A program made the translations under genes and the position numbers. From Hamiltosporidium tvaerminnensis FI-OER-3-3 (taxonomy: Eukaryota; Fungi; Microsporidia), in the NCBI GenBank assembly GCA_022605425.2, contig CM061248.1, positions 434,001 through 498,000 on the forward strand: a stretch of DNA of 64,000 nt. Direction: 5' to 3'. Shown piece by piece: positions 13,820 to 27,173 of the stretch. The notes below the pieces were generated by a model, which saw only the letters and a list, made by a program, of their open reading frames with translations, did not search any database and was not told the DNA's origin. The first letter of the stretch is position 1, and each line of letters starts with the position of its first letter.

Positions 13820-15450
13820 ATTAGAACAGCTTACTTTTTGCTAATTTTCGAGTTACAAAGCGTTGTTTCTTTACGGCTTGCAGTTTTGGGATAAGCTTCC
13901 GGGTAAGTCAAATTGATTATAGAGCTGGTCTTAGGTCTCGGATTAAATTCTTTAATTTTATTGGTGAAATCTCGGACTTAGATATTTCTTCGGCGCTTAA
14001 ACTTTTCCTTGTACATTGTAAATTGGTTGTTGCGGAAGTTGATTTGGGATTACATTTTAGTGCCTAATTTATATAGATTGGCACTTTTTTTAAGAATCTT
14101 TGCCAGAATATTTTCCATGTGTGCGACTTGTGTTAAAATCTGGAACTCGAACTCTTACTGTATCATCTTTATTGTCAACAGGGTGTTATTAATTAGAGAC
14201 TCAGTGCATTTTTCAGCTTGTTTGTTTCTATTACCTACTGAAATCTCTTTGATTTTCACTGCTCGGATTTTTATTTTATTAAATCGCGATTCGCAGAAAA
14301 CAAATCATAAGCTTCCTCGAATTTTTTTCATGATCAGAGACTTGCATATAAAATAGTACAAGAACATTTATTTCTCTTTCTATGTCATTGAAATTAAAAC
14401 TTGGTTTAAACAACCTAATTGAAGATTGATTATAACAAGCAAACATAAAACTTCTTCTTTATTATATTGGTCCGTTGTTATATCGGCTAGCTCATTTTGT
14501 GACGCACTTTCGTCTACAATTTGCACATTGTCTTCATTTTTTTAAATCGCCTCTAAGTATTTTGCACACTATATTAGGTAGAATTTCTGTGATTAGAAAA
14601 CTTTTAAGCCAATTTTTAACTTGGTTCAAAGCATTGCTTCATATCGGTACAGTTTAAACTCTATGATGAACTCTGTTTTAATATTTTAAAAAAAAATAAA
14701 TTTTCTGAAAATTTTGTGCTGTTATCGTCTTCTAGCTACAATAAAAGCATGTTCTCTACATTTTGATTCGCACGTTCTACATAAACCTTGGCTTTGAGGG
14801 TGTCTAGGTTTTCCATGTAACATCAGCAATTCGGGCTACGTGTTACTTATTTCTTTAATGATATTGTTTGTAAATTCTCAGCAGTTATTACTTTGCAAAA
14901 TGCTAGAAGGACTAAAAATAGCTAAATTTCGAAAAGTGCATAAACCACTTCTTCTGCACATTTGCTTTTAAGCGGCCGAAGCGGAATAAATTTAGTTAAA
15001 TAGTCTTGGTATACAAGTATGGATTTATATGGATCATCAGATTGAGACTGCTAGCCAATATAATCGACTTGTAATCTCGAATTCATGTTTTTAGTTGGTA
15101 TAGGTTATACAACTAATCCTTCTTTTGGTAGTTGTGTTTTTTTTCCCACGGCATACATAAATTTAGATAAGCTACTATCCTTTCTCTTGTGATATTTTAT
15201 ACCTCGAATTGTCTCTTTTTCTATACAGTTTGTACGTTCTTCTCAATCGAAACATGTGTATCATGTAAAATATGAAATATCTTTTTCTAATCTACGTAAA
15301 ACCCAATTTCTTCTTTACTTTTCTCTGAAGGAATAATTAACTTTTTTCTCTCTTATATTTAATGTTTCAAACATACGTTAGCGTTAATAATCTTCAGGCT
15401 TTTTCCCCAATAACTTGCTTTTGGGTGCCTAAACTTTTCTATTAAGTCCA
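13820..15450 (-). pseudogene. KRBA2/SCAND3-like rve integrase pseudogene
   Basis: Manual minus-strand translation: MNSRLQVDYIG*QSQSDDPYKSILVYQDYLTKFIPLRPLKSKCAEEVVYALF, SILQSNN, HGKPRHPQSQG/VERANQ (frameshift), upstream H..H/C..C region; many stops. Confidence 0.85.
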
Positions 15451-16428
15451 AATATTGCGTTTTTGCGAAAATTTGTGTACTTTGACCTTTGGATAAAGCA
15501 ATTAATATAGTCTTTCGCCGAACCATACTTCATATCACTTTGACGCGTTAACATAAGTTGTATTTTATTTTTAGAAAAAAAACTAACACTCAATAAAGAA
15601 AAACTGAAAATAATGATTAACTCGTAGAAATCGCAGATGTTACGAGCGCTATATCCAAAATAAATGCTGTTTATACCAGCAGCTATCATATCAGATGCAA
15701 ATTGCTATCAATTTTTAACGTGACTAGTGAAATTGTAGCAATGTTTATATATACCTGGCACAGTAAAAAATTCTTTTAAATTGTCAAAAAATTTCTCAAA
15801 TTGCCTAATTTTATTGGGCATTATGTATAATGCCAAATGATTTAAACTGCCCGTAAAATATATATTTTCTGCTCGTTTTAAAAACCGTTTTTTCTATTTG
15901 CAATTCATATGGATAGTAAATTTCCTGAAATTTTAACGTTTTTTAAATCTTCTAATTTTATATTTGTCACAACTTATTTCGTTGTGATAAAAAATTTTAT
16001 AAGTTAAACATACAATATATTTTTTCCTCCAAAACATGAATTTGAACAAAAAAATAGGACGCCATACTATAAGAAAGTTTGCACAAAAAATCGATTTATT
16101 TAAATTTATTACTTATTTTTTTTTAATTCGTTTATGGAATGGGCAATGGTTGTAGGATTGGTTCGATAACAAATGCACTATATGTACAATTCAAAAATAT
16201 AAATTAATTTTGCGAACCAAAATGCCCTTCTATCCTTAGTACCCCCTCCCGGTAATTCTAATACACCCCCCTTGTTTATTTTGTAATTTATAACCCAAAT
16301 ATTTTCTTTTCATTAAACTTTAACGCCCCTAAATCCAAATATGAAGTATTTTGTTTCTAAATATAATAGGGGTGAAGTGAAAATATTTATTTAATAAAAT
16401 TCTGCGTTAAAGTATTTTTACCATTTTT

Positions 16429-16902
16429 TTACATCTTTTCTTCTACCTCTTTAGCCACTTTTGTCTCTTCTTCCAAATCTGACTCTTTATTTATGTTATT
16501 GGTCGGCTTCTCTAAAGTGGTTGCTCCTTGTGAAATAATCGGTGCTTTATTTTTTGGTTTAAAATTTTTTGCCTTATCTTTCTCTCTCTTTGCCTCTTTT
16601 AAAGGGGGTGTTGGTTCCTCGTGCATCTCTGCTCTCATAATAACACCCATTGACGCTCTTTCCCAGCTTTCTTCGGCATTTATTCCTAACTCAAGTCCTC
16701 TTCGTCGATCAAAGGAAATTGTTTCGACTGTCTTCTTAAGTACTATAGACTGCATATATGCCTCTACATTCATGGGTATTTCTAGTCTTTTAAGATGAGA
16801 TTTATGGTATTTTGTCACAATACCGTCCCAACTCATCACATAAGGGATTATCTCAACACTACACTTATAAATAAGACCCAACTTATTGGCTAGCAGGATC
16901 AA
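16429..16902 (-). mobile_element. 5'-truncated non-LTR retrotransposon, C-terminal restriction-like endonuclease (RLE; R4/NeSL-like) fragment; 3' UTR likely continues to ~16200
   Basis: LLANKLGLIYKCSVEIIPYVMSWDGIVTKYHK...EAYMQSIVLKKT matches the end of RLE domains; homology stops abruptly at ~16902. Confidence 0.7.
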
Positions 16903-17266
16903 GTCACTTAATATACTGTAAATAAAAAATAAATTGCATATTTCATTAATTTAATATAAAATAAAGTTTGTTTTGATTATATTTTATATTACAATGTAAA
17001 TTTACAATTTTATGAATTCATAGAATCCGAAAAGCATTAAATTTATTTTATTATGTTTATTATTGTCATTCTGAGTAGATTAAAAATTCATAAATTGAAC
17101 ATCTATGATAGTATATAATTTTACAGTTCTAGAAACACGAAGTTTCATAATCAGAAAATTATATTGTATGGTAAAGTAAGTTTATAAGGTAAAATAAATT
17201 TCGATATAATTATTTTATTTATATATTATGATTAAATGATATATTTTATATTAATTCATAACAAAA

Positions 17267-17898
17267 CCACACTACATCTTCGGTTGTTCCATGGGAGTTG
17301 TTATGAGGAGGAGAGGTCTAAGAAATGGAGAAACTTTTTCTACAAATTTATTTGTAGTTTTTTATGTAACCAAATTGCAAACCGCAGCTGAACATGTAGG
17401 TAATTGCCATGTAAAAGCATGGAAACCTAGCCTTGCTCACTCGGGTTAGAAGACTTAGCGCCTGGGAGATATAAAAATAAAACCCATTAAAAGCCGGGAG
17501 AGCTAAGTAGCAGGTTATACCTGTTGGTATGACATTGCACTGTCTAGGTGGACTCCATGTAAATCTCTGAAATATATCTTAGCTAGAAGTTTATTGGGTT
17601 CAGAAAGTGTAGAGTAAGTGGGAATGCTGCATAGTCTTGGGGGAGCCCAGGGGGGGCTTCGGCCTTCGATCACACTCCATGCAACGGACATTAACGAACT
17701 CCGGGCAACTGCCTCGCCTATTAATTAGGTTCTACACACCTGATAGATGAAAGGCTTTGGGACGTAGGTATCGCAGGGGTTACCGATGGAGTGTTGGGGT
17801 AGCAGTCATTTATGTTAAACCTAGAACTGCGTTAATGTCATAAAAACAAATATAACACTTGCCACTATTTTAAAAAGATGTGATACTTTTAAATAAAG
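17267..17898 (+). mobile_element. ~730-bp non-coding retroposed element, copy B (5'-truncated, young)
   Basis: Near-identical to 53318-53951 but lacks the first ~95 bp; perfect 17-bp TSD ATTAATTCATAACAAAA (17250-17266, 17899-17915). Confidence 0.92.
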
Positions 17899-18042
17899 AT
17901 TAATTCATAACAAAATTCAAGTAAGGAATTAAAACAATAAAAGTATAAATTCACTTTTGATCGGAGAATATATGAAGACAGATTTTCTTTTGTATAGTGT
18001 AATAAATATAATGTGGTTTTGTAGTGAAAAAATAGGATGTGC

Positions 18043-18630
18043 TTATTTGTCGGAGGAGGCAGGGGCAAATGATAATATTTTCTTGAATGGTACAGATTTA
18101 TATGCCTCAAATGGTATTTTTTCAGAGGAAGCAGGTTTATCGGGTGAAACTGGTTTAACAGATGGTATTAGTGTGGGCGAACGCATTAATGATGGTATTA
18201 ATTTAGGTGAAGGTTTGGGCGCAGACGCTGGTGTTGGTGACGGTAGTGGTTTAGGCGCGGGCGCATGTATTGGTGGTGATATTGGTTTAGGTAGTGTTTT
18301 AAGCGTAGGTTTAGGCGGTATTAGATATAGCGCTGGTCTAGGTGGTAATGATGGCGGAGGATGGGGTAGTAATGTAGGCGGGCATGTCGGCGCGGGTTTG
18401 AGTGGTGAAAAAAGAGTAGCTAGGCGCAGGATTCCGCTTAGGACTAGGTTCTAAATCGGGATTTGAGTATAAAATCCACAGTTCTCTAATAATAGAGGTC
18501 GAGCAAAGTGAAATGTATATTTAATAAACAATCATTAAAGATATTTAATCGCTTAGCTAGCCTTTGAGTCAGAATTTACTGCTTTAAGCTGGTGAATCTT
18601 TTCAGGAATAATGTACACAATAACCATATT
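18043..18630 (-). pseudogene. Disrupted proline-rich protein gene
   Basis: Stop-free minus frame 18450-18043 (PLKPAPTCPPTLLPHPPPSLPPRPA..PKPLPSPTPASAPKPSPK); Pro-rich sequence continues upstream in another frame; CCC motif before an ATG near 18628. Confidence 0.5.
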
Positions 18631-19358
18631 AATTTTAACGAAAGGGCATAAATATAATAAGCCTGGCATATTTTAAAGTAATATTCTGTAAAATACCCCA
18701 CTCGACTGCGCAAATTCCATAATAATTATTCTTAAGAGATATTTTGGTATGATTATAAAAATATCAAATTTCTGATTATTCCGCAATTATTTAACCCTTA
18801 TTTGTATTTTAATGGAAATATTGCGAAACTTCTTTATTTGTTCAACAAATACATTTACTCCAACGGCAATTAATGTGGAACCAATACGTATAGCATATAT
18901 CCATAATATCTAAATTAAAAAATAGCCAAAATGAAATAATTTGTTAAAATCGAATATTATATTTTTAGTTTGGTGGTGTTTTATACAATTAATTTTAAAG
19001 AATTTTTCAGTTATACTACAATACTACATGTCCGCCTTGATACTCAAATTATGTAAAGCAATAATACTTGTAAAATTATAAAATTTAAATTAATTGATAG
19101 TGGAAATCTGTTTAGTTGATTATCGTTCCTAATATAAGAATAATAAATGTATTTGAGAAAAATGTTTTGATTGTTTTTATCTATCCAGTTTTTTTTATTG
19201 TTCTTGTATTTGATTTATAACAAAGTAAAAAATGTATTTTTGTTTTAGCATATAAACTTAAACTAAAATAAATTTTATGGAAAATTTGAGAAGGATATAT
19301 TGAGTTAATCTCGATAGTCGTGTTTTATAAAAAAAGCAATTTAATTATTTAGTTATTA

Positions 19359-20068
19359 TGTAGAAGAAGAAGAATTACATTAAAACTATCTGCTTAGCAT
19401 GAAAAAATGAAATATATTTTAAATCTTTGTTTGAATTTTGGTTGAGATAAAACCACCTACAGATTCGTTGTTCTATGGTCGTTTGCATAAGGGGAAGAGA
19501 AGTTCAAAGAAACAGTGAAACTATTTTTACAAATATGGTTTTTGGTTTTTAATGTGTTAGATTGCGAACTGCATAAAACCTGTGGGTAATTGCTGTATCA
19601 AAGCATTACGTGTCTTACTCACTCAAGTCAGAAGACTTGGTGCCTAGATTATACGAAAAAACATACCCTAAAAAGCCGGGAATTCCAAATAGCAGATTAT
19701 AGTAGTGATCGCATTGCTTCATCTAGGTGGAACTCAGGTAAGTGCTAATAGATAATTTTGCTCGTAAGTCTTATGATTCTAAAAGGCTAGATCAAAGTAA
19801 ATAGTGTGGATCTTGCAGAGCCTAAAGCGGATTCAAGTTAATCTACTTCCATACAACAAATATTAACAACCTCTGAACACTTCCTTAGTCCATTAAATTG
19901 ATTCTCTTCTCTTTTTAAATGAAAGGGTTTAAGATATATTTATTTAAGGAAATACCACGTATGTGCTTTGGCTGGGATTGCCTATGTTGAAGTTAGAATT
20001 AAATGGATGTCTTGAAAATACTTTGAGCCATGCCAATTTTTTTAGGAAACGGAATCTATTAAATAAAA
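19359..20068 (+). mobile_element. ~730-bp non-coding element, copy C (highly diverged, full length)
   Basis: Colinear blocks ATAAAACCAC, GGTAATTGC, CACTCAAGTCAGAAGACTTGG, AAAAGCCGGG, TCTAGGTGGA, GATGAAAGG-like, ATTAAATAAA. Confidence 0.75.
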
Positions 20069-20270
20069 AGAGGTACAAAATTATTTTCTTAAAAAATATG
20101 ATGATTAAAAAAATAAAAATTTTTGATTTTTCGAAGTCAAACTATTTTTTTCTAGTTACCCTGTAAATTATATACAAATATATGATTATCATTACCTTAA
20201 AATTAAATATAGTTTTAGGAATTACCTTTTATGTTCTAATAGTAAATATATATGCAATGTAAATGAAAGA

Positions 20271-20338
20271 TTAATACCCATGAAGGGGTACCATGCCCTC
20301 TTAGCCGGTCTTAAGCCCGGATAAAAATGAAGGTTGAG
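20271..20338 (+). ncRNA. Degenerate twister-ribozyme-like motif at the RTE 5' end
   Basis: TAA...P3-like hairpin...GCCGGTCTTAAGCCCGGATAAAAATGAAGGTT resembles the twister core GCCGGUCCCAAGCCCGGAUAAA..GAGGG known from RTE 5' ends. Confidence 0.6.
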
Positions 20339-23310
20339 TTTAGAGCTAGCGGTCTTATCTTAGAGAAAAATATTGTTAAGCAATCAAAACTAAACCACGA
20401 ACTACATAAAACAAGTTTTTCAAAAAATATTGGCCTAGGAAAAAAACTAAGCAATACCGGAATATGGAAAGCTCGCCGTCTCTTTCGAGCACTAGCATCG
20501 ACTAATCTTATTCTAGAACTTAAGAAATATAATAAAGATATCGTAGCTCTGCATGAAATACGATAGAAAAAAGCGGAGGTTTTAAAAACGAAAGAATAAA
20601 TACTTTTTTACAGTCAAAATACACCTAACACGTTTAGAACAACCTTTGTGATTCAAAAACAATGCAACAAAGGAGGGTTTAGATTTTAAACTTATAGACA
20701 AAAGACCATGTTCACCTAATATAAAAGGTCAATTTTCAGCACTATCTTGATGTTTTGACTTGCCTCATTATAATATGCAAGCGAAGATGAAAAAAACGGA
20801 TTTTATGACAGATTAACATATATATGACAAATCAACCTTGTATGTCATATTATTTTTGTGAAGCACTTAAGGCAAAAATAGGTAAAGAAACATACAAACG
20901 ATCCAAAATAAGATGAGAAGGTATTCATTTGGATCAAGTATTAATAGTGTTAGATTCTTGATTCTGTAGTTAGCCAAAATATGATTGTTTGTGCGTTTAT
21001 TTCCTGCAAAAGAAATTCACAAATACACTTAGCATTCACCAGATAGAGAGATCTATAACCAAATCGACCACGAAGTTATTGACTCTAGAAATGCGTCAAG
21101 TATTAGGGCTGTGCGCAGTTTGGAGGCACCAATATAGACAGTGATCATTTCTTGTTGAGCATAAAATATAGAGAACCGATACCAATGCTCGAGACAATTA
21201 AGAATCCCAACCTTCAACGACATAATTGCAATAAATTGCACGACATCCTAGATTCAGAAAAATTTCTTTTCAATGAATAATAAATACTTGTGCGAAGATA
21301 CATATAGATCATCAGATGAAGTAAATAATCATTGGTTTGGCTTTAAAGAATCTATGAAACAAAAGCAAACGTAGTACTGGGATATAGAAAATACGAGAAG
21401 CAAGAAATATGCTATGATCAGGAATGCAAGGAAGTAATCAAGGATCGAAATTTGGCTAAATATGAAAGGCTATGAAAAAAAGGAAAACCAAGCGCAGAGT
21501 TTAGTAGAGAAAAGACCAGAGCCTCGTATATATTAAGAATAAAAAGAGCACGGGAGAAATATATATTCGAAAAATAAAAATGGCTGAAACCAAAAGATTC
21601 TTAAAGTGTACGAAATGATATTGAATAAGCGAAACGGTTTTCAAGCCCGAAATTTACTAGTAGAATATACAGACTTAAGCATTTTTCAGATCTTAAAAAA
21701 GTTCTAAATAAAGGAGCTACATATTTCAAAGATAATTTTAAAGCTAAAATAGAATGTAAACCAGAAAATATAATAATAGAAAAATTTATTAAGGAAAAAA
21801 ATGCTCTCATTGAGATCAAGAAAAGGCTATTTAGCATTTACTATTGGCAAAGACAAAAGATGCTATAATGAGTCTAAAGAATCATAAGCCGCTTAGAGAG
21901 CAATAGCTCGCATCTACCTCTTAACTATTGTTAAGATTTTTTGAAACGACTTTAATCCCTAATCAAAGGAATATATGCGTAATAAGAATACCTAGGAGTA
22001 AATTATTGATTTGATATCCCTATTCATAAAAAAGAATTTGAAACATAGTGCTCCGATTAAAGAGGCATTTCCCTTCCAATATTTGATACAAAATCCTCAC
22101 AAAAATAATTTCAAGGATTAGATCCATAAGTAGAAGGCGCTCTTGGTGATTACGAATTTAGATTAAGAGGGAGCTGACCAACAACCGATCAAATATTTGC
22201 TACAAGAATGATGCTTGAAAAACGCTTTGAACATAATATCTAGATTTATCATATTTTTTGAGACTAGAAGTAAGCGTATAACAACATTGACCGGAATTCT
22301 ATGTAAAGAACACTCGAAAATTTGAAAATTAAGATAAAATTATTCGTTTAATTAAACTTTATGATTCAAACCAAAGAAAAATTATTTTTAACCGGTAATA
22401 TATTTTGTTTGTTTTGACATGGGCTAGCGACCAGGACAGATATATACATTACTTACGCAATATCCACCCAACACTAGAGAAAATAATCCGTAAGTTAGCA
22501 AAAAAAAAAAATAGCCCTATAATAGTTAAGGGAATCCCACGATGGGTAGCATTTGCAGATTCTTTGGCTACCGTGGAAATAATTGTAGAGAAAATAAAAT
22601 CGAATTAAAGAAATTAGCAGCGAAATTGAGAAAAGATAGAATGAATATTAGACAAAATATACGTTTATGTCTCTATTCCTTGGCTACCCCAGAAATCGTT
22701 TAAAAATTGATTCTTATATGTTTGAAAAAGCATCAAGCTTTAAATACTTTGATGACTCTTGAACAAGGATAATTAAAATTCTTATGTAATTAAAGAAATA
22801 ATAAAGCAGGTTACAAGACTTATTTTGCTTTGCTACACTAACTAAGTCAAATATAATAAATAGAAATAAGAAAAATCAGACTTGTTGAACATTTTTTAGA
22901 TCCAGGATATTTTATACATTCAAACCATTGATAATGATCAAAATAAACAGGAATTTGGGGAAATTTAAGCAAGAATTATATTTAAAAGAATTTTTGGTCC
23001 AATATTTTAAAATACGAGTTAATAATTTGAAATATCTAGGAATATATGAAATTTACGAAGAATCTAATCTTTTCACCATTATATAGAGAGAAGACTAGAC
23101 GGCTAGGGCACTCGAAATGAATGCCGACAAAAATTTTTTTACCTAAAGTCTTAGTTCTGCACCAGAAGATAGGGCGGACGAGGTAAGGCAAGATAAAGAA
23201 GGCTGTATGAGGGGGAAAACCCCAAGAAAGTTTTAGATTATAATACAGAAGAATCGAAGAGAGTCTTTAAGGAAGCCCTAATTCTCCGATAGCAGCAGTG
23301 CCGGAGTTAG
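20271..23310 (+). mobile_element. Decayed near-full-length RTE-clade LINE (APE endonuclease + RT)
   Basis: Fragmented motifs DIVALHEIR, YNQIDH, GGTNIDSDHFL, RGISL, TTDQIF, VAFADSL, FKY, RLDG*GH-like; RTE-type 5' UTR and 3' end (..GCAGTGCC); many stops and frameshifts. Confidence 0.88.
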
Positions 23311-23937
23311 TTATTTGGTTCTGGAATTTATGCATAAGATCTTTTTTTATATATTTTTACAGTAATCTACAGATATGATTTGGTTAGAAAAACGTTTGAA
23401 TGATGAAAAATATATTAAAGTGATGTATATAGAAATTTAACATATTAAATTCTACCATGTTTCCTATGGATCTAAATTTAAACATTAACGATAGTTAATT
23501 GATATTAAATTTTTTTACTCAGATATTTCTTTTAGTATTTTTTTTACTGTAAAATTAATTTATTTTTATATCAGAGGATACGCTCAGCATTTTCTTAGTC
23601 GTAGTTTGTTCTTTTGAATACTCACAATTTCCTTGAATGAATAGGTTGGTTTTCATTTTTCAACTATCATATAAACTTAAAAAGAACTAGAATTTTTTTC
23701 TTTGGAATAAGTAAATCTACATGTACAATTCAGCGTAAGAAAAACATCCATATTGAAATTTTTCAGACCCATTCAAAATTTTTTAAAAAAAACATAATTT
23801 TTTTAATATATTTTTCAAATTTGATATATACAATTATTTTTTTTGCTGTTCGATGAAATTCTTCTGTTCCATTAATTAGAAAATTTTGTAATTTAAATAT
23901 TCATATTTTTTCTAAGCGAGGACAAGAGAATTCAGAA

Positions 23938-26237
23938 ATGAAGAAAATAGTTAGGCTGGTTATCTTAATTTTATCATTCGAATGCTATATATTTTCATCG
24001 AAATCAAATATTGTAATGGATTATAAAAACGATCAAATAGATATTATTACATCTAATCATGAAGTTTCTTCCATAAATTTTATTAATGTATATGTGGTAA
24101 AAATTCATAAATCGAATGAAACCGAAGAATTTAGGCTTTTAAAAAGTGTTTGGAATTTAAAGTTTAATTCGTACATGATTTTAGCAAATATACAGAATTT
24201 TCCCATTAGTTTAAAAGATGATAATAGAATGAGTTTAAATCAAAAAGGTGATTTATATTTAAAAGTTTTAGTAGAAGATAGATTTTTTATATTATTATCA
24301 AATTTTATTCAGTTTTCGTTTTATTTTCCAATCAAAAACTTAAGTTTTGAAGAATTTTTTGTATTGATTGAATTTTTAGATGCATTAGATGCCAATTTTG
24401 ATAATAATTTTTTAAATATAATTAGAAATATTTTAACTTCGTTATCGACTTCTGTGGATAATAAATTAGATGAAAAGGCTAAATCTTTTGTAGCTGAAAC
24501 CTCAAAACATATATCATATAAATTTTATTGTATGATCATAAATGAAATTTTGGATATTTATTTTCCCTATCAAGTATTATATGATATATTTATTGATAAA
24601 GATAGTTATTTTGAAGAATTTAAGAAATATGAGATTAATTTTGAAAAGAACAAAAGTGAAATATTGACAATTACAATAGATTTACTTGATTTTAATTTTA
24701 TAAATATTTTTTACCTTGAAAAACCAAAACGAATGTTTTCATTAATTTTTTTCTTTCGAATTTTAAATACATAATATTTTATGAAGTAGAATATATTTAA
24801 AAATTCTTGATCGGTATTTTATCCTTAATCAATTCAAAAATTGAAAATGTATATTTTTTTTGTATTACTATAGTTGATAAATTGATTGATTTGTGTAATA
24901 ATAACGTGATTTTCTTGAACTCAACTAATATTTATTTTATTATTTATAATATAGAAGTAAGGTTTTCGTTGTTTTCAAAACACTTGTGCAAAAAAGAATT
25001 CATACTTATTCAGAACGATTTATATATTGACTTCGAAACTGGAATGAATAGTGATTTACAAAAACTTTTTGAAATTTTAAAGCAAACTATGGAAAACGCC
25101 TTAAATAAAAAAAGTATTGGTTTTAAGTCATCAATCTATAGAAACGATTTAGAACCAACCGAGTGCGAAATAACGAAAATATGTGAACATTCTTGGTTGT
25201 TTGACTTTTTGATATCAGAAGAAAATCTGCATAATGTTATGCATTTCAGATGTAAAAATTTATATTGGAGTATTTCGGGTAGAATTTATAATTTTAAAAA
25301 ATTGGATAAACTGAAAATCAAATTAATAATAACATTAGACATAAATGAATTAATTTTGTTTGACAAATTTTCAGATCAAATCTCTTATTTGAAACTAATC
25401 TACTCAAAAATTTACTCTAACGTTTTAAATGATATTTTAAGTCTAGAATCATTAGAATATTTGGCCTTTTCGGATACGAAAATTGTTATGAATAACAATG
25501 CATCATTTTCGACTTTTAATTATTCTATAAAATATTTTGAGTATCACGGTAGCTTGTTTCATAACTTCTATATGATATTCGAATTTATTAGAATGCTAGT
25601 CAATATAAAAACCGTGGTATTGAATTTAACAGAAGATTTTGTTCCATTACGATATGAAGAGAAATTTATTCCTATAAAAAAAATAGAAAATCTTATTTAT
25701 AAAAATTTTAATGCACAAATTAATCACTCATCAGCAATAAATCAATTTATCGCTACAAATAAACTTTCACTCTGTTTTCAAACGAAATATGAATTTTTAA
25801 GAGATATTTTTTGTGAAAATAATTTTGATACTATTGAATATTTAGAAGTGGAAAATATTTTGTGTAGAATTTACGATAAAAACATTTTGGCTAATTTAAA
25901 TCAATTGAAAGAAATATGTTTTAAAAAAATCAAACTTCAGGGTTTAAGCTTATGTGATTTGTTTGATCAGACTATGAATTATAACATTTTTTCGGTTGCC
26001 CTGTGGAATATATTTATATCAGATAACGATATTAGGTTTTTAAACAATTTGAATAAATTAATTCATTTAAAATTCTATGATTGCATGTTCAACAGCCATT
26101 TGATTGAATGCATCGGTAAGTGTTCATTTCCGAATTTAAAATATTTACTTTTACGAATTTCTGAAGATACTGTAATACCAGAATATGTCCTATATTTGAA
26201 AGAAATTTTTCCAGTGGGCATTTTATCAATTGAATAG
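23938..26237 (+). pseudogene. Disrupted microsporidian LRR-like/secreted family gene (ORFs 23938-24774 and 24807-26237)
   Basis: Signal-peptide-like N-terminus; LxxLxxL repeats (LESLEYLAF, LNQLKEICF, LNKLIHLKF, FPNLKYLLL); halves in different frames, with a TAA at 24798-24800 in the second frame. Confidence 0.65.
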
Positions 26238-27173
26238 ATAAAACTTTCGAATAAATTTATAATCATTTTTGATCAACATTTTTTAACCATAATTTATTTT
26301 GTGTCAAAATTTTTATTACACTAAAGAGTATTATATCGTTTAAGGCAATCAATTACTTTAAAACTTTTAATAAAACTTAATCCCATTTTCTATAATTTAA
26401 TTATACCTATTCGAAAAGGAAAATTGAAAGAATTATTCGCTTCCGTCTTGAATGATGGTAAATTAATTATAATTCATATTAGGCAAAAATTTCAGGTTAT
26501 TTTATTATATATGGCTTTCTGTTCTTGTATTATTATTTTTTTGCAGATTAAGTCAACAATTATTTTTATCTCTGTGTCGTAGTTTGTTAATTCTGATTTG
26601 CTTTTATATTCTTTATATTTTTTCTTTTTGTAAGGCTGATTTTCTTTTATTTTTTATTTACCAAAAACCAATTATAAACCGTGTAAATTTATAAACTCGA
26701 TATTTTTACACTTTAATAAATTTTTGAAAGTATCGCTTTTAAAAATATGTTTCGCTTAATCTCTATCTTTAATTTACAACTAATATACTTATATTAATCT
26801 GTGTTTTCCATGGTATGAAACTTCTAAAATCTTATTTGCAGTTTACAATATGAATTCTTTCTGAAATAACGATTAGAACAATGAAATCAAACTTAAAAAC
26901 ATAAATTAAGCCGTTTTGTTTTGTATTCACACTATATCTTCTTTCTTCACGGCGAAATATTCGAAATAATATTTTAGGTAGTTCTAACTTGTTTCTAAAT
27001 GTTTGCCGAAGCCTTTTATTGTAATCTTTATACCCAAATTTTCAGTTAACTTAACAACATTTTTTGAGTCAAATAATCGTAATTTAAAAAAAATATTTCG
27101 GAAAATTCTATTGATTTTATGAGCCGTGAAAACTATGGTTTACATAATAAAAAATATTTGTGTATGCTTACTT

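Larger units (their letters stand above)
12884..15858 (-). mobile_element. Decayed Ginger-like transposon (SCAND3/KRBA2-type integrase)
   Basis: ~75-bp imperfect TIRs (12884 TGTTACGGGAAATTTAAG..GCAATTTGGGAC vs revcomp of 15781-15858) enclosing an integrase pseudogene. Confidence 0.8.

Noticed and set aside
17957-18454. 165-aa Gly-rich ORF
   Set aside because: TTG start; best explained as the antisense shadow of a Pro-rich frame
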